The notes: a model not told the origin generated them from the sequence alone. Counted from the first letter of the whole stretch, positions 24,247-37,861 are shown. The stretch: DNA of 63,977 bases, filler included, from Reticulomyxa filosa (GCA_000512085.1; 17 parts of 17 records of this genome joined end to end with filler, not necessarily neighbours in it), one strand, 5' to 3'. Made by a program: numbers and translations.

Positions 24247-25449
24247 ATATCGAGTTTCACAACCTCCAATTGGATGGTACTTTGATTATTAAAGCTTTAA
24301 ACAACTCTAAAATTATTGTGAAAAAATTAACTGTTCAAAATGCAGGATGGTATGGAATATGTTTGTTTTGTTTGTGCTTTTCTTTTCAAAAATGTTATGA
24401 AAAAAACTTTTTTTTTTTTTCAATGGTATGTTTTGTAGGTATTTCAAGCCTATAGAATCGAACAGCAAATTGGACTCGAAATATATGATGAGAGGTTATA
24501 CCCTAGAAAAAAGAGAACAACGAATTATCGATTTTCTGATGGGAAAGAACACATCATCGACGAATAGTGTTCGTTCTTCTCTTCACAGATGTGAAATACA
24601 TTGCGATTAGAAATTCAAAATCTATATATCTCCTTTTTCCACAATTAAAACCCCTTTTGAAAATATTTTTTCAAAAGCAACCTGTGATTATTTGATTGAA
24701 GATTACCTAGAAAATTGTTAGAAAGGACACAGACAAACTTTTGGAAACAATTTTGATGTTTTTACTTTGTTTCCGCTCAAAACTCTTATTGATACAATCG
24801 CGTTCCGTATTTCAAAAAAATTACTGTAAAGTCTTAAAAACGGGAGCAAGGAAATAAAGCGATAACCTTGCTTTATTTCGGCCGAAAAAAATTTGCCTAC
24901 GTTTTATAAATACTATTCCTGTCTAAACGATAACTCCTAATGTGCTATCCATGAAAAATCTTTCTGCAATTATCTCTTTTCTATTTCCTTCAGACTAATA
25001 TGAACACTTTTTTAATCTTTCAAAAGTTGTTTTTAAAAATATGAACTTTTGTGCAAATTATTCGCCGATATGTTTATTTTTAAATCAAATACATTTTTTC
25101 ACGTTTATTTCTGGAAAAAAACAAAATATTCAAAGATTGTTTTGAATGCAAGACTTTGATCATCTTCCAAAAGATAAAAAGAAGGTCTTTGCTCACTCCA
25201 ATATATGCTTTTCTTCGTTATTGCAGTTTTTATATACCCTGACAATTGTTCACTTTCATGTCAATCTTTTAACCAATGTTTCTGCAACTTGAAAGTTTCT
25301 GTGACATAATAACTAATGAATTATTATGGTGTTGACGTAAAGTTTAAAAGGACGTTTCGCCAAAGAAAAAAAAACGTTGTAATAGGGGGAATTTTAACGT
25401 CATACTGCTTTTTCATTATTTTCAGTTCTCGAACTATTGATTGATAATC

Positions 25450-25988
25450 ATGTCCAAGGCAGAAAAAGAGAAAAAAGTAAACGTTTCTTTTTCTTTGTTT
25501 TTTTTCGTCCTAAAAACGCACTGTCATCCCTTTCAACAAATAGACACAAGCACAAGAAAAAGACAAACCAACCCAATCAGCCATTGATATTCCAAAAGCT
25601 GACGGAAATGAAGAGCAAGCGGCTCAAGATTTAACGCAATTTGTCCAAAATTTGTTGGAACAAATGGTAATTTTTGTTTGTAATTTGTGTAGATTTTTGT
25701 TTTTTGATTATTGAAAACGAAGGAGAAATAATTGTATAAATTCATAGCATTCCCGGTTTCAACAAATGTCAAATTCCATTATAACTAGATGTAAGTTAAT
25801 CTTTGTCTTTTCTGGGCCGTGTATACGTAACTTAAAAACATGAAACTCTGCTATTGACTGTGAACATAGTGGATGAAATGGGCTCAAGGTTGGATGAATT
25901 GGAACGTTCCATTGGGGAACTAATGACACAGGCCGGTGTCGAAGAGGATCTACCATCACAACAGCCTGCAAAAGTGCCCTCAGAATAA
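25450..25988 (+). CDS. HSBP1: Heat shock factor binding protein 1 (4 exons; absent from the ORF track)
   Basis: Spliced MSKAEKEKK|..AAQDLTQFVQNLLEQM|HSRFQQMSNSIITR|LDEMGSRLDELERSIGELMTQAGVEED matches the HSBP1 signature (QDLT..VQ.LL.QM..F..MS..II.R.D.M..R.D.LE..I..LMTQAGVEE). Confidence 0.92.
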
Positions 25989-26714
25989 CCATTTAAAAAA
26001 GGGACAGCAAGATTAAAAACATTTGTTTGTTTCCTAAAGGTTTTTGGTTCTGTTTAAGTTAAACAATAATAACAATTAATTTAACATTTTGTTTTGTAAT
26101 GTTTCTTGTGTGTCAGTATGCTGTCAACATTTTTGTTTTGGGTATATAAATGAAATATTGTCAGTTTTTCATTTTAATTCTGACACGACACAGTCCATGT
26201 CCGATTTTCATCCTTACTTCATTCGATTGGCTACATATCTTTCTGTTTATTTTTCATTGTTAAAGCTTTGGAACGCTAAAAATTCGGCAACGTACATTAG
26301 ATATAGCAGTCAATTTCTGGCGTCCACTGGCGCCATGTTCATCCGTTCTAAATCACGATGAACAAAACATGTCAATATATAAATCGGTAGTTAGCAACCC
26401 AACACCATTTTAAGAAATTTCTCTTGTCGCATTCAAAAAATTAAAACAGTTAACGAATCATGCACAAAGACCTTTTTTAGATTGATATAACAATATTTTA
26501 TTCTTTACAAATTGGTTTGTTTTTAAAAATATTTGCAATAAGAATTTTATATACTAGAACAATACACGATGGAATTCTTTTTTGAAGTTATTTAAAGAGA
26601 ATACACAAAGTGTTTGTTTGAGGAAACGATGTAAAACTTTTGAAGGTGAGAGATTAAATTTTTAAAAAAAGATTACCAAATTCCAATAATAATTTAAAAA
26701 TGAAATTAATTAAG

Positions 26715-27155
26715 CTATTGTGAAACTTTTTTGATTAATAGATAAATTCTTTTGTCCATTGTTAATTGTTTAAAGGAATTTGGTGGGCCTTTCAAACACA
26801 TTAATAAACCTCCAAATGAAGCATAAATTTCCACTACTTTTTTCTTTGGTTCAACTCGAAATATTTTTCCATACATAACATATTCATAGCTGTCAGCTTT
26901 ACTTGGATCTCCACTTTGATCATATTCTGCACTTTGTGATACAACATCAACTGTTGTATCATCACTTAAACTTGTTCGTAATGAAAAATTAAATTTATTG
27001 TTTATTTCTAATCGATAAATTTCACAATTATAATCTAATCTCAATGTTACATCTTCTTGTTCCTCTGCTCGACATTCAAGCCGACTTACACGATCAAATC
27101 TTTTTCCTTCCTTGTCAACATCTATTACTTCAAAGGTATCTTCAAATAATGCCAT
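26715..27155 (-). CDS. RPB8: RNA polymerase I/II/III common subunit RPB8 (RPABC3)
   Basis: LFEDTFEV..VD..GKRFDRVSRL, YEYVMYGKIF, YASFGGLLM.L.G. Confidence 0.97.
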   Translation of the reverse strand: MALFEDTFEVIDVDKEGKRFDRVSRLECRAEEQEDVTLRLDYNCEIYRLEINNKFNFSLRTSLSDDTTVDVVSQSAEYDQSGDPSKADSYEYVMYGKIFRVEPKKKVVEIYASFGGLLMCLKGPPNSFKQLTMDKRIYLLIKKVSQ

Positions 27156-27527
27156 GTCTGGGCCTGTTGTTCAGTAGGACACATGCAAGAAGAGGTACTC
27201 ATTATCAAACCAAAACAAGAGGAATATAAACATACTTTTTTTTAGTTAGCGGAATTAAGGAGAGGACAAATTTATGGCAAATAACAACAAGAAATCCTTC
27301 TTCACAAAAAGTTTAATTCAGACCCCTTTCGCACCGTATATTTTGCTTTTTGAAGCCTAAAAACAACAAAAATTTATCTGCGTCATGAAAGTGAAATGCC
27401 AGGAAAAAAAAATTTAATTACATTGAATAAACAAGATTTAAGATATCCATTAATGTTAAAAAATTAATGTGACCAAAGTGCAATTTTTTTTGCTATCAAT
27501 TGTTAACAAAACCTAAATGTTTTGAAA

Positions 27528-28797
27528 TTAATATTTTTGAACAATATTTTCCAATTCCTTGCACAACCTGAACACCAGCTCGTCATCAAATGGTTTTCCC
27601 CATACCTGCAAGCCAACGGGCATACCTTGCAATCCTTTCATGTACTCAGCCAATATCCGAGTCGATCTATTTTGTTCAAATCGTGGTAAATCTGCAACGG
27701 AATAACAAGCCTCATTTTCTCGGACAAAAGCAACAGGACCAATGGCACAGCTTGCAGTGTCAAGAACATTTTGCAACATTTGATGGGACAAGCAGTTTAA
27801 AAAGTGACTGGAAAAGTGGATAGGCAAGGCAGGGAACGCGTTCACTGGGGAAATGATCAGATCGATGTTCTCTTCGTTCATCATTTGCCAGAAACGATAA
27901 CGAAATTGGTCAATATCATAATTGATTTGTCGTTCCTTTTTCACAGAAACACCGCCTCTTCGCACATTTTTATTTTTATTTTTATTTTTATACTTTTTTT
28001 TTTTTTTTTTTTCCTCATTAGAAAATCGAACATAACTTTCCGCAACAATTTTTGCTTTTTTTTCTTCGCCATTCAAATATAAGATTTTGGAGATCAAAGG
28101 ACGCAAGAAATTGGGAATCAAGGAACCCTTATAGGTTTCACTGAAACCGGGCATTAAGTACTCCCCCTTCAAAGCGTCGATATAATCGGACATATTGCCA
28201 GGTGCACCAGCATATTCAAAGTACTTCATCGTTGCAATTTCCCCCAAACTTGAGTACGGTTCAAATACTTCCTGTCGACGAAGCAGCACTTCTTCCAAAT
28301 TCACGACTTCGTATCTATGTTCGTTTGAATATTTTCATTAGTGTAGTGCTGGACAACAACAATAACAACACATTAACCCTTAAAATATGTATACATATAC
28401 TTGAGCTCATTTTTTACGTAAGCAATAGTTTCTTTAACAGCTCTTTGGACCGTTGCGACGGGTGTAAAGTAACCGTCGTTAATGAGATACGCAACCTTAA
28501 GTTTTTTGGTGGAGTTGTAAATCTCGTCTCGAAAGACAATGGGCGGCAAGTGTGGGTCCAGTTCAAATCCTTGTGGCGAGTACAGCACTTTCATTACTGC
28601 CACTAAGTCATCTACATATCGAGACAACGGTCCGACCACTCCTTTGACCGTCGGTTTCCCCCAGTAATTCCCTCCGCTTATGCCTTCCTTTCCCGCTCCC
28701 ATCACTCGTTTCGAAGAGCACTTGTGTGCCATTATCCCACAAAAATTCGCAGGGCTGCGCAACGAACCTCCAATGTCAGTGCCGATCGCAATCGGTG
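27528..28797 (-). CDS. Amidase-signature family enzyme (FAAH-like), 3' part, spliced
   Basis: GTDIGGSLRSPANFCGI, VGPLSRYVDDL, GMPVGLQVWGKPFDDE. Confidence 0.9.
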
Positions 28798-29009
28798 CCC
28801 CTTTTTTTTTTTTTTAAAAAAAAAAAATTAGAACAATAAAAACAAACTAACTTTGCTTTTTTTTTTTTTTTTTTTTTTTTNNNNNNNNNNNNNNNNNNNN
28901 NNNNNNNNNNNNNNNNNNNNNNNNTTAATTAATTAANNNNNNNNNNNNNNNNNNNNNNNNNNNNNNNNNNNNNNNNNNNNGGGAGGGGAGGAAAAAAAAA
29001 AAAAAACCA

Positions 29010-29423
29010 CGTTGGCGAAGCAGCACCACAGCCAATAACCAAAGTCGTCCCATTCATCTCACATGTTTTGACTACGTCAGGTAATTGATAGGTAACGTGG
29101 TGATACTTGGGGTCCATCATAAATGGAACTCCTCCCAAGTCGGCCAATCGACAGTTGCCAGAAAGACCACGCTCGGCCAGTCCGCACCACTCTTGCAAAT
29201 TTGGTGAGTCCATCACTTTCACTGTCACAGACTCAAAGTTCCCCGCAAGTGCTTTCTTTATGCTTTCCGCCAGATCTTCTAGGCTGGGTTGAAATAATCC
29301 CGATTTGTTCGACTTCAAGTTCTTTGTTCCTGTGTCAATTGTTATCGAATACCTTTTGCGTTTTACTGGACCAGGCGATTTATCTTTTGCTTTTCCACCA
29401 TCACGCGATTCTAACGAAGTCAT
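29010..29423 (-). CDS. C11orf54/PTD012 (DUF1907) ester hydrolase-like protein, 5' part
   Basis: PSLEDLA..I..AL..NF..V.V.V.D.P.L, G..RLADLGGVPF, VIGCGA. Confidence 0.85.
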
Positions 29424-29976
29424 TTTTCTTTTTATTCAATTGCCTTTTTAATGTTATCAATTGATTATCAAAAGGATTGCGCTTTCTACTTCAAACGTTC
29501 TAGAACTTTACTGTTTGAGAAACAAGATTCGTACATACTTTTGTTTCTCTAAACAAAATTACAATCAAATAATTTTTTTTTTGTGGGCATATTTTATCAA
29601 TCCACAAAAAATTTTACTTGTTTCTAATTAAACTTGTCGCATAAAGAATAAATTGTGTTCAAAAAGTGTGGGCATAAAAACAGTGTGATGTAAACCAGAT
29701 TTTCTAAATCTATTTTTGGAAAATGCTAGAAATAAAGGTAATTAACCAAATATATCACCTTCATGTTGATCCATACGAAACAAAGAAACAGGGGACACAA
29801 CAACACAGTCGTGTTTAGTTTAGCACTGATCTTTGCACAGACAAAGTAGTGACAAGGGCTTCCCGTTGTTTTATTGCAATTAAAAACATTAAAATAATCA
29901 AATAATAATCAATCATCCGTTTGTAAAACTTGAGCGAAACTATTACCAAAAAGAAAAAACAAAATACAAATACGAA

Positions 29977-30395
29977 ATGTCTCATCCAAAAGAAGTGACT
30001 CAAAGCTCAAGACCACAAACTCAGAAAGTAGAAGAGCTGACAGGTAGACAGCCATCAAACACGGTGGCTGGGAGCGAAGAAAAAAGTAGAAGAACAGCGA
30101 CTACGAAAGCTCATTACTCGAGCGAGCGTGTAATTGGCAGCGGGTCATTTGGTGTGGTATTCAAAGCAGTGTCTGCCAAAACCAAAGAAGTGGTAGCAAT
30201 CAAGAAAGTTCGAGAAGACCGTCGATACAAAGTGTGTAAGGGACAACTTAAGAGGGGTCCACCAAAAAGAAGAGAGGGGGGGGGGGAGGAGAGGGATGCA
30301 AGGAGAGGAATAAAAAAAAACAAAAAAACACTACATTAAAACAATTAAAAAAAAAAATGTGGACCAGAACCGAGAATTACAAATAATGAAATGGT
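29977..30395 (+). CDS. GSK3: GSK3/shaggy-like protein kinase, 5' part
   Basis: [25 protein letters not shown]|NRELQIMK with an intron at about 30232-30367. Confidence 0.88.
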
Positions 30396-30495
30396 NNNNN
30401 NNNNNNNNNNNNNNNNNNNNNNNNNNNNNNNNNNNNNNNTTAATTAATTAANNNNNNNNNNNNNNNNNNNNNNNNNNNNNNNNNNNNNNNNNNNN

Positions 30496-33400
30496 ACAAG
30501 CAATGGAAACTCATCGTTATGGAAATTGCGCTAACTTTGTGATCGCAGGACAATAATCGAACATTGTTGTACGCATGCGCATATTCGCAACTTTAGATTT
30601 TGAATGGATGCAATTCAATACTTTGTATTCGTCACACTGTCCTAGCACTTGGTGAACAATGAAGTGTTAGCCGCCAATTTGTATTCGTATAAGTTGGATT
30701 CGAATCGTCAGCTTTGAATGTGAAGCCTTATGGCTTGGCGTACTCAAAAATTACGTTGGGTCATGGCATGCAAGAAACGAAGAAAGAGTTGCAACAAAGA
30801 ATGTATCCAATAATGAAAAAGAAAAGAAAAATACTACAATCACTTATGGATCGCATCAAACATGTGAATGGAGCATTGCGATATGCGAATGTCCAATAAC
30901 AAGCATTATCCAAGGCCAAAGTATGTCCCTGATCACAAGGGCAACGAGATCTTATAAATTTCGTATTTGGAAGAAAGTCATTATGTGGTGGCAATGAAAC
31001 AATGTGGCAAAATTCTCACAGACAAATCTCAAACAATCTGGACATTGGTGCTACTCGATACGAAAGCAAACTTGCAAGAAGAAAGAAAAAGACGTAAAGT
31101 GAAACGATACCAATATGGCGATATCCGCAACGGCGACAACGACCGGACTTACGATGAAGAAGATAGTGCGGACGTTATTAAAAAATAAAGCAAATAGATA
31201 TCAAGCAAATGACTATGTCGGGAGAATCGTTCCGTGTGAGAGTGGCTCGATTCGGTGGAGGAGTTGTGCGAAGTTCGCGTCATGACACCAGTAAGAAAAA
31301 ATAGGAAATTAGGAGGATGGTGAAGAGAAGAAAGAACGTGACAAGTGCGTATAACTTTGAATTTCTTTTTTTTAAAAAAAAATAACCAGTCAGATGGCTT
31401 TGTTGAGTTTTGCTATAGAATTGTTATTCATACCTGGAAACACGCAAAGTCGCCACTCGCGAGCGTGGACCAAATTCACATATCGCACCCCAATGGAAAA
31501 CTCGAAACGAGTGCGGCGATTTCAAGCATTGTCAGCTCGAAGCATTGTAAAGAGCGTTTATCATCAACAGAGGCCACAAGAGTTTCTACAGATAATGACT
31601 GGTGAGGCGCAGCATCAAAGAAGATGTCGAACTGCGAGCTATATGCGCCAATGACAGTGACACTTGGCCGTTATGGAAACTGAGCTAATTTTGTTAACGT
31701 AGAGATTGAACACTCGTGCAAAAACTTGTCGTGTGTGTGCGCACATTCGCAATGTTGGATTTTGGATTGTGCGTATACTGATAGGAGAACCTTGAACATT
31801 GTTAATCGTTGAAGAAAGAAAGAGATCTAGTTGTATTTTCCGAGTCCATCGCTGCAAGAATTTTCTTGCCTTGCTTTTGTCGAACAAACGCCCGTTATCT
31901 TTGCCGAACTGCCTCCAGGATCAACTATGAACTACTGACAACGTGTTGGTTAGCGTTCAAGAAAGCAAGAAGTGGAAGACGAGGAAGAAAAGAACGTGAA
32001 CATGGTTAAAAAAATAATCGACATTGCGATCGAGCAGTCATTACATCGGGAGAATCATTATATGTAAGAATTGTTCAATTTAGCGTCGTCAAAACTCCAA
32101 GACACCGGCAAGAAAGAAAATAAAGAGGATAATGAAGAGAAGAAAAATGATATCAAGCCCGTATCAAGTTGGATTTATTTAAAGGAAAAAAAAAAGAAAG
32201 CAGTTGGCCTGCTTTATTGAAATTGATAATTGATTTGCTCTTTTAGTCTACGTCCGCAAGTGGCGATTTTGCGAGTTTCGAGACGTACTTCCCCCCCCCA
32301 CCTCAATGAAAAGTGTTAAACGAATATGGCAATGTCTAGCAGCTATAGTCCGAAGTATTGCAAAGAACTTGTTGCCATCCAACGTAAACAGATACAAGTC
32401 TCTGGCACTGTGCTACGTCGATAAGTAGCAGCAAATATGGTATCAAACTTCGAGCTACTGGTGCCAACGAACGAACAATGGAAACTTGGCCGTAATTGAA
32501 ATGGCGCGCTAATTTTATAAACTCAGAACAACAATTAAAACTGGCTGTGTGCGTGCGCATATGCGCAAATGTTGGGTTTTGAACCATGAGCGTGTTTTGG
32601 TGGGAGAAATGGTAAGCTAGCAGGCGACGTTGATAATTGATAATTGGTGAATAGAGAAAGATTATTGCATTTTCTAACTCCATCACTGCAAGAGTAGTTT
32701 GTCTTGCATTTGTGGAACGAACACATACTATCTTTATCGAACCGCCTCCTGGATCGACTATTGGCCACGGATGATGTGTTGGATGGCACTTAAGAAAGCA
32801 ATAACGAAGAATAGCCACGAATACGTCAAAGAAATAAAAAAATAAAATACAAATAGTATCCTCCATCATCGTATCGTTAATCCAAAAATTGTGAATAGGC
32901 GCATGTCAGTGGATGCAAGAATTTACAACCACGACCATTAGCCAAGGCCAAAGTATGTCTACTATCACAAGAACGAATGAGTTTGGTATGCCATTGAAAC
33001 TGTTGCAGAAAATTCTCACAGTTCAATCGCCGACGATCTGAATCTTGGCGCTGTCAGATTACGAAGGCAAAACTTGCCAAGAAGAAAAAAAAAAAAGACA
33101 TGATAATATCGCGCAAAATGAAAACGAAATGATATCGATATTGCGGTATCACAATGACAGCAGCGACTAGATTGACCGAAGAAATGGAAGACAAAAAAAG
33201 AAGAGGATATGGCGGTCGAGTGAGCACACTCTCATATGGGACTATTCTTCCGATATCGTGGATGATTTTTTTTGCAAAACTCCAAACCAACATCATCAGC
33301 AAACAAGAATAGCATGATGATGATCAGAAAAGAAGACTCCGAAGATACCGCGTTGGATTTGTTTTAGAAAGTAAAAAAGACATTATGTCAGCTTTACTTT

Positions 33401-34450
33401 CGTTATGAAATGGCTCTTTACATCAGCGTGTGCTCGCCAATATTTGGGTACCGCTGCTGTATTCTACGATTTGATTGTGCTCACTGAAAAACTAATGTTA
33501 TTGTGCATTTGTTATAAAAAGTAGCAACGTCGTGCCAGTGGATAATTGGGGTAATTCAAAAGTCGTTCCATTATTTAGCGAATCAAGAAAAAATATTGGC
33601 AATGTGTGGTGGCGCTGGGCCCTGCTGGGTAGATAATGAACAACATTTTATATCAGCAGTCGGACCCCCAATCTCCTTTTCCATACAGTATTCGGTTGGT
33701 CATTTATGTGCGCTTGTTCCAAGTTCCTGTTACCTGTTGTTATAATATATTTGGGTCCATTGCTTGAAAAAGTTATATATGTACATATCAATTAATAGCA
33801 ACACAACATCTGTATATCTATATTGGTTATTTATTTTATGTATGTGATATGTGTTGCTTGAAAAATTTTAATAGATATTCCAATGCGTATCAACGAAGTT
33901 TTGGAATGAATGGATACTTTTTGCTGTGTATATTGTCATTGGTGCTGCAGTGAGTTCCCAGCGATATTGGCAATTGTAACAGCAACAGCAGTAGCAATAT
34001 CGATGATGCAGTAAATGAAAGTAAAACTGCAACTTATGGTCGAATTGTTGCTGATGAAATCCAATATGTGGTCAATTCATGGAAGCCGCATTACAGCGCA
34101 CGCATCTATCATTTCTCCAATAAATATATTTGTTCATCATTGAACAAATTTCTATTAATGATGGCGTGTATCAAATATGGACCATGTTATTATATTTTGA
34201 AAAAAAATTGGATATCCATATAGTGTAATGTGGCTCATGGTGGATTGAAAGTGAGCTGGTTGTTATCATGATTATATGTTCAACCTATTTCCAAGTTATA
34301 ATTTTTTTTTGTAATGTGATTGAAATATGTATGACAACGCACACGTAGATCTTCAAAGGATACAATACCTATCTATCAAGAAATTGGAAAGTGTCTGTGG
34401 TGCCAAGCAAGGGTGAAGCGAAGTGTAAACAATGCCAAATTTGTGGCATA
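30496..34450 (+). pseudogene. Tandem, decayed and rearranged exportin-5 (XPO5/HASTY)-like copies
   Basis: Blocks recur 2-3 times (gcgcatattcgcaa; ttgcattttc..tccatc.ctgcaag; ggccaaagtatgtc). Remnant peptides LEESHYVVAMKQCGKIL, NRERLLHFLTPSLQE, RVLANIWVP, YWQCVVALGPAG, FLLPVVIIYLGPLL; many stops and frameshifts. Confidence 0.65.
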
Positions 34451-35559
34451 TTTGATCGCGAGTATTTGACACTTGCCTCAAGTTTTTTTTTATTGGAAAA
34501 ATTTGTTTTTTTATGTGAATTGTTTTTTTTTATTTTCTTTTGATGATAATTGTAATGTCACATCTCCAGCTCACCTGACTTCTTTAATCAAATTATGCTC
34601 ATCACAAAAAATTTCTGAACTTAATATTTTAATCTAAAAGAAAGCGCGTTAGGCTGTGCGAAATAGGGACTGATTCTTGTCACTATTGACAAAAAAGACT
34701 TCGAGTAGTATCTTCTTGCCGTCATTTATGAGTAGATAACAAGAAGAATACATATAACAGAAAGGATTGTACGCGATAAAAAGATATTTTGAACAAGATG
34801 CTAGAATATTGTATAAAGGAAAAAAGAATAAAAAGCATGACGAAAGCAGTAATAGTATTAACCTGTTCATGATCGGGTCATATTCAAATGTAGGCATCAA
34901 AACTATAGTAGTTTTCATTAGAAAAAAAAATAAAAAGTTATTCTTATTGTGCTATTTTTTCTCCTGCATATTTCATAGCTGATGCTAAAAAAGATAACAC
35001 TGCGAGGAAACAGAGGAAGAGAGACGTTTATATTGTTCTGGTGGCAAGCCCGACAGCTGTGTCACTTTATTTTTTTTGTATTGTTTTTACAAAGGGCGTG
35101 TTTTAGTTGCCAACAACTCACTCTTGATTTTCCATTGCCGTCCATCTGGATCATTCATTTTTATACGTTTGTCGGGAGTGTTGCTCTCCATATGGATTGC
35201 TATCTTTTTTTGGCTTCTCTCCACAGTGGCCATAGACCACGCCAAATGCGGTCAATGACATTGCAGTGTATCACATGGATCGGTATGATTCGATGTGATC
35301 TGACACTCTAACTTTGAAATGAGATTCGTAAATACGATGTGTGTTCAAACAGCAATTATATTCACTTATCCAATTTGACAATGTTTTTCTATCCAACACG
35401 AATAATACTGAAAATTTTTTATCTTTGTACGTTGTACTGGTCTCTTTCACATTTAGTCATTCCTAGGCAAAACAAAAGATGTATACGTTGTGATGGTAAC
35501 TGGAAAAAATTGAAAAGAACTTAGCCATCAACATATGCGCACACAAGTATCTAGCTGCT

Positions 35560-37861
35560 ACGCCAACAATGATTCGCAAATAGTGCGCCAAACTGCGATT
35601 TACAGACCCCAACGAACAAGTGAAACTTGTTTGTTATAGAAATGATGCTAACTACTCGTGTTGAAACTGGTCGTGTGCATGCGGAAATTCGCAATATTGA
35701 TTTTTTAGTCATGAGTGTGCTGCTGATTGGAGGAATGTTGAGCTCGAGAGTGACATAATCATTAATGATCGGTGAAAAGGGATATAGAGAAAACTGGTTG
35801 CATTTTCTGAGTCAGTTTGGCAAAGATTGTCGGCGTTTATTCGACAGACTCAAAGCACGCGACTCTTGAAATGATGATCTCCAGGTCGATTATAAACTAC
35901 AGACGGCGTGTTGGATGCGACGCAATACTTTGTATTCGTTGCATTATCACATTACTTGGAGAGCATTAAAGTGCGGGTCGCCAAGTGGAGTTGAATTTGC
36001 GTCGATGTGGTTTTAAATTTTGAATCGCGAAATGATCAAAAAATCGTTGAAATATTGCACTCAAGAACGAATACGTCCAACAATGAAGAAAGAAATACGA
36101 ATTGTACCCTCATTGAATCGCCAATCCAAATATTATCGAATGGGCGCATGGTGATGGATGCAAAAATTAAGAACGGCCATTATCCAACGCCAATGTGTGT
36201 CCTTCATCATAAGGGCGACGAGAGTGGATGAGTTTCATATTTTGAAAATATCCCTCATATGATGGCATCAGAATAGTTGAAGAAAGATGTCCTCAATTGA
36301 ACTGGGATATTTTTTGTCTTGGTAAATTTTTCTTTCGTAGTCGGGTAGCGTCAAGGTCCAGAAAGAAACACTTCAAAATACAACGCAGAAAAAAAAATGA
36401 TATCAACGTCACGGTATCATCACATAGCAGCGACAGGATTGATCGAAAAAATAGAAAACAAAGAAAAAGGGATGCGGACGTTATAGAAAACATCACATAT
36501 GGCGATCGAGTAAGCCACTATCACATGGAACTATTCTCCCGATATTGTTGTGGCTCCAATTTGGTGGATTAATTCTGCGATATTCAAGTCAAGACCATTA
36601 GCAAATAAGAATGGGATGATGATGTAGAAAAAGATGGTCTCAAGGCCATACAGTCGTTGGAATTGTTTTAAAAAGAAAAAAAAACGTCGTCTGTCGATGT
36701 ATTTTGGTTATGGCTCTTCATCCACACAAGTAGCGACTTTGCGGGTTCTTAACGTGGACTATTTCACATAGTACGCCCTTCAATGGAAGCTGCTGGATGG
36801 ATGTGACAACACCAAGCGCAGTGCCACCAATGATGATAACGACGACCACGAAATACAGTCCATGTTCATTCTACTCATTTGTCAATTATTTCAATACATC
36901 GGACTGGCGTTTTGTGCTCCACAATATTTGGGTGCTACTGCTGTTGGTGTGTGCGGAAGAGAGCAAATGTTGTTGCGCATTTATTACAAAAAACAACAAG
37001 GCGTGCCAATCGATAAACGGATCGACGATTTAAAAATTGCTCCATTTACCGAATGAAACAAAAGCCTGGATATTTGCAATGTGCTGGTGGCGCTGGGCCC
37101 TGCTGAGTGGATATTTAACAATATTTTATCTCAGCCCCCCTCTCTATTCTCTCATCTCACCTCTCTCACCTCAAAGACACTGTCGCTGTGGATACGAGCG
37201 AATTGTTCGGTTATCAAAAATCGAATCACCCGAATTCGAAAAGTGGAAGGGTCTGCCATTGACAAGACCACCACTCAAAGAAATGGTAGCTCTAGGGAAG
37301 AGCCTTCAGTGACAATATCTTCCTTCAAGTCAGTTCAATTGTTCCAAATAACGGAATACTTGATGGGAAGAATTATCGTTGAAACCAACACGCGCATTCC
37401 AACAAAAGAGTCCAAAGTATTTTGTTGATAATTTGTGCGCCTGTCTCTTTCATGTTACCTGACGCTATAATTCGTGATTGGGTCCATGTTTGAAAAATTG
37501 TTTGTTTTATGTGACAATTTAATATATAACATCTATATAACGATATTTATTATTTATTTATGGTATGTGTATGGTTGCTTGAACTCTTTGAATAGATTTT
37601 TGAAGGTGTGGAAATGGAAATGGCAGTTGTTGCTGTTAATATTATTATTGGTGCTCAAGTGAACCTGGCAATAATGGTAATAGTAATAGCAACGGCCTGC
37701 ATCGATTATGGATCATGGTATTATTCTAACGTATAATTTGAAAAAGAAAAATAAAGGTATATACCAGTGTAATGTGCCCATGACTGATTGAAAGGATGAC
37801 TACGCAACATGTATTCCAAGTTATAATATTTTTTTATAATAATGTGATTGGAAAAAACTTA
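35560..37861 (+). pseudogene. Further decayed exportin-5-like copy
   Basis: Same blocks as 30496-34450; RFVLHNIWV, NVLVALGPAEWIFNNIL; shared 3' tail (tgtaatgtg..catg..gattgaaag..attccaagttataat). Confidence 0.6.

Noticed and set aside
29581-29676. Repeated TGTGGGCATA in the divergent DUF1907/GSK3 intergenic region as a promoter element
   Set aside because: Only two copies and no independent support.
22500-37861. Alternative genetic code (TAA/TAG = Gln) explaining in-frame stops
   Set aside because: Conserved genes end normally in TAA, TAG or TGA (HSBP1, tubulin, RPB8, WD40) and have no internal stops; the disrupted regions also contain frameshifts.
30496-37861. Repeat units as an autonomous transposon
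   Set aside because: No transposase, RT or Rep/helicase motifs, TIRs or LTRs were seen; remnant peptides fit exportin-5 better.
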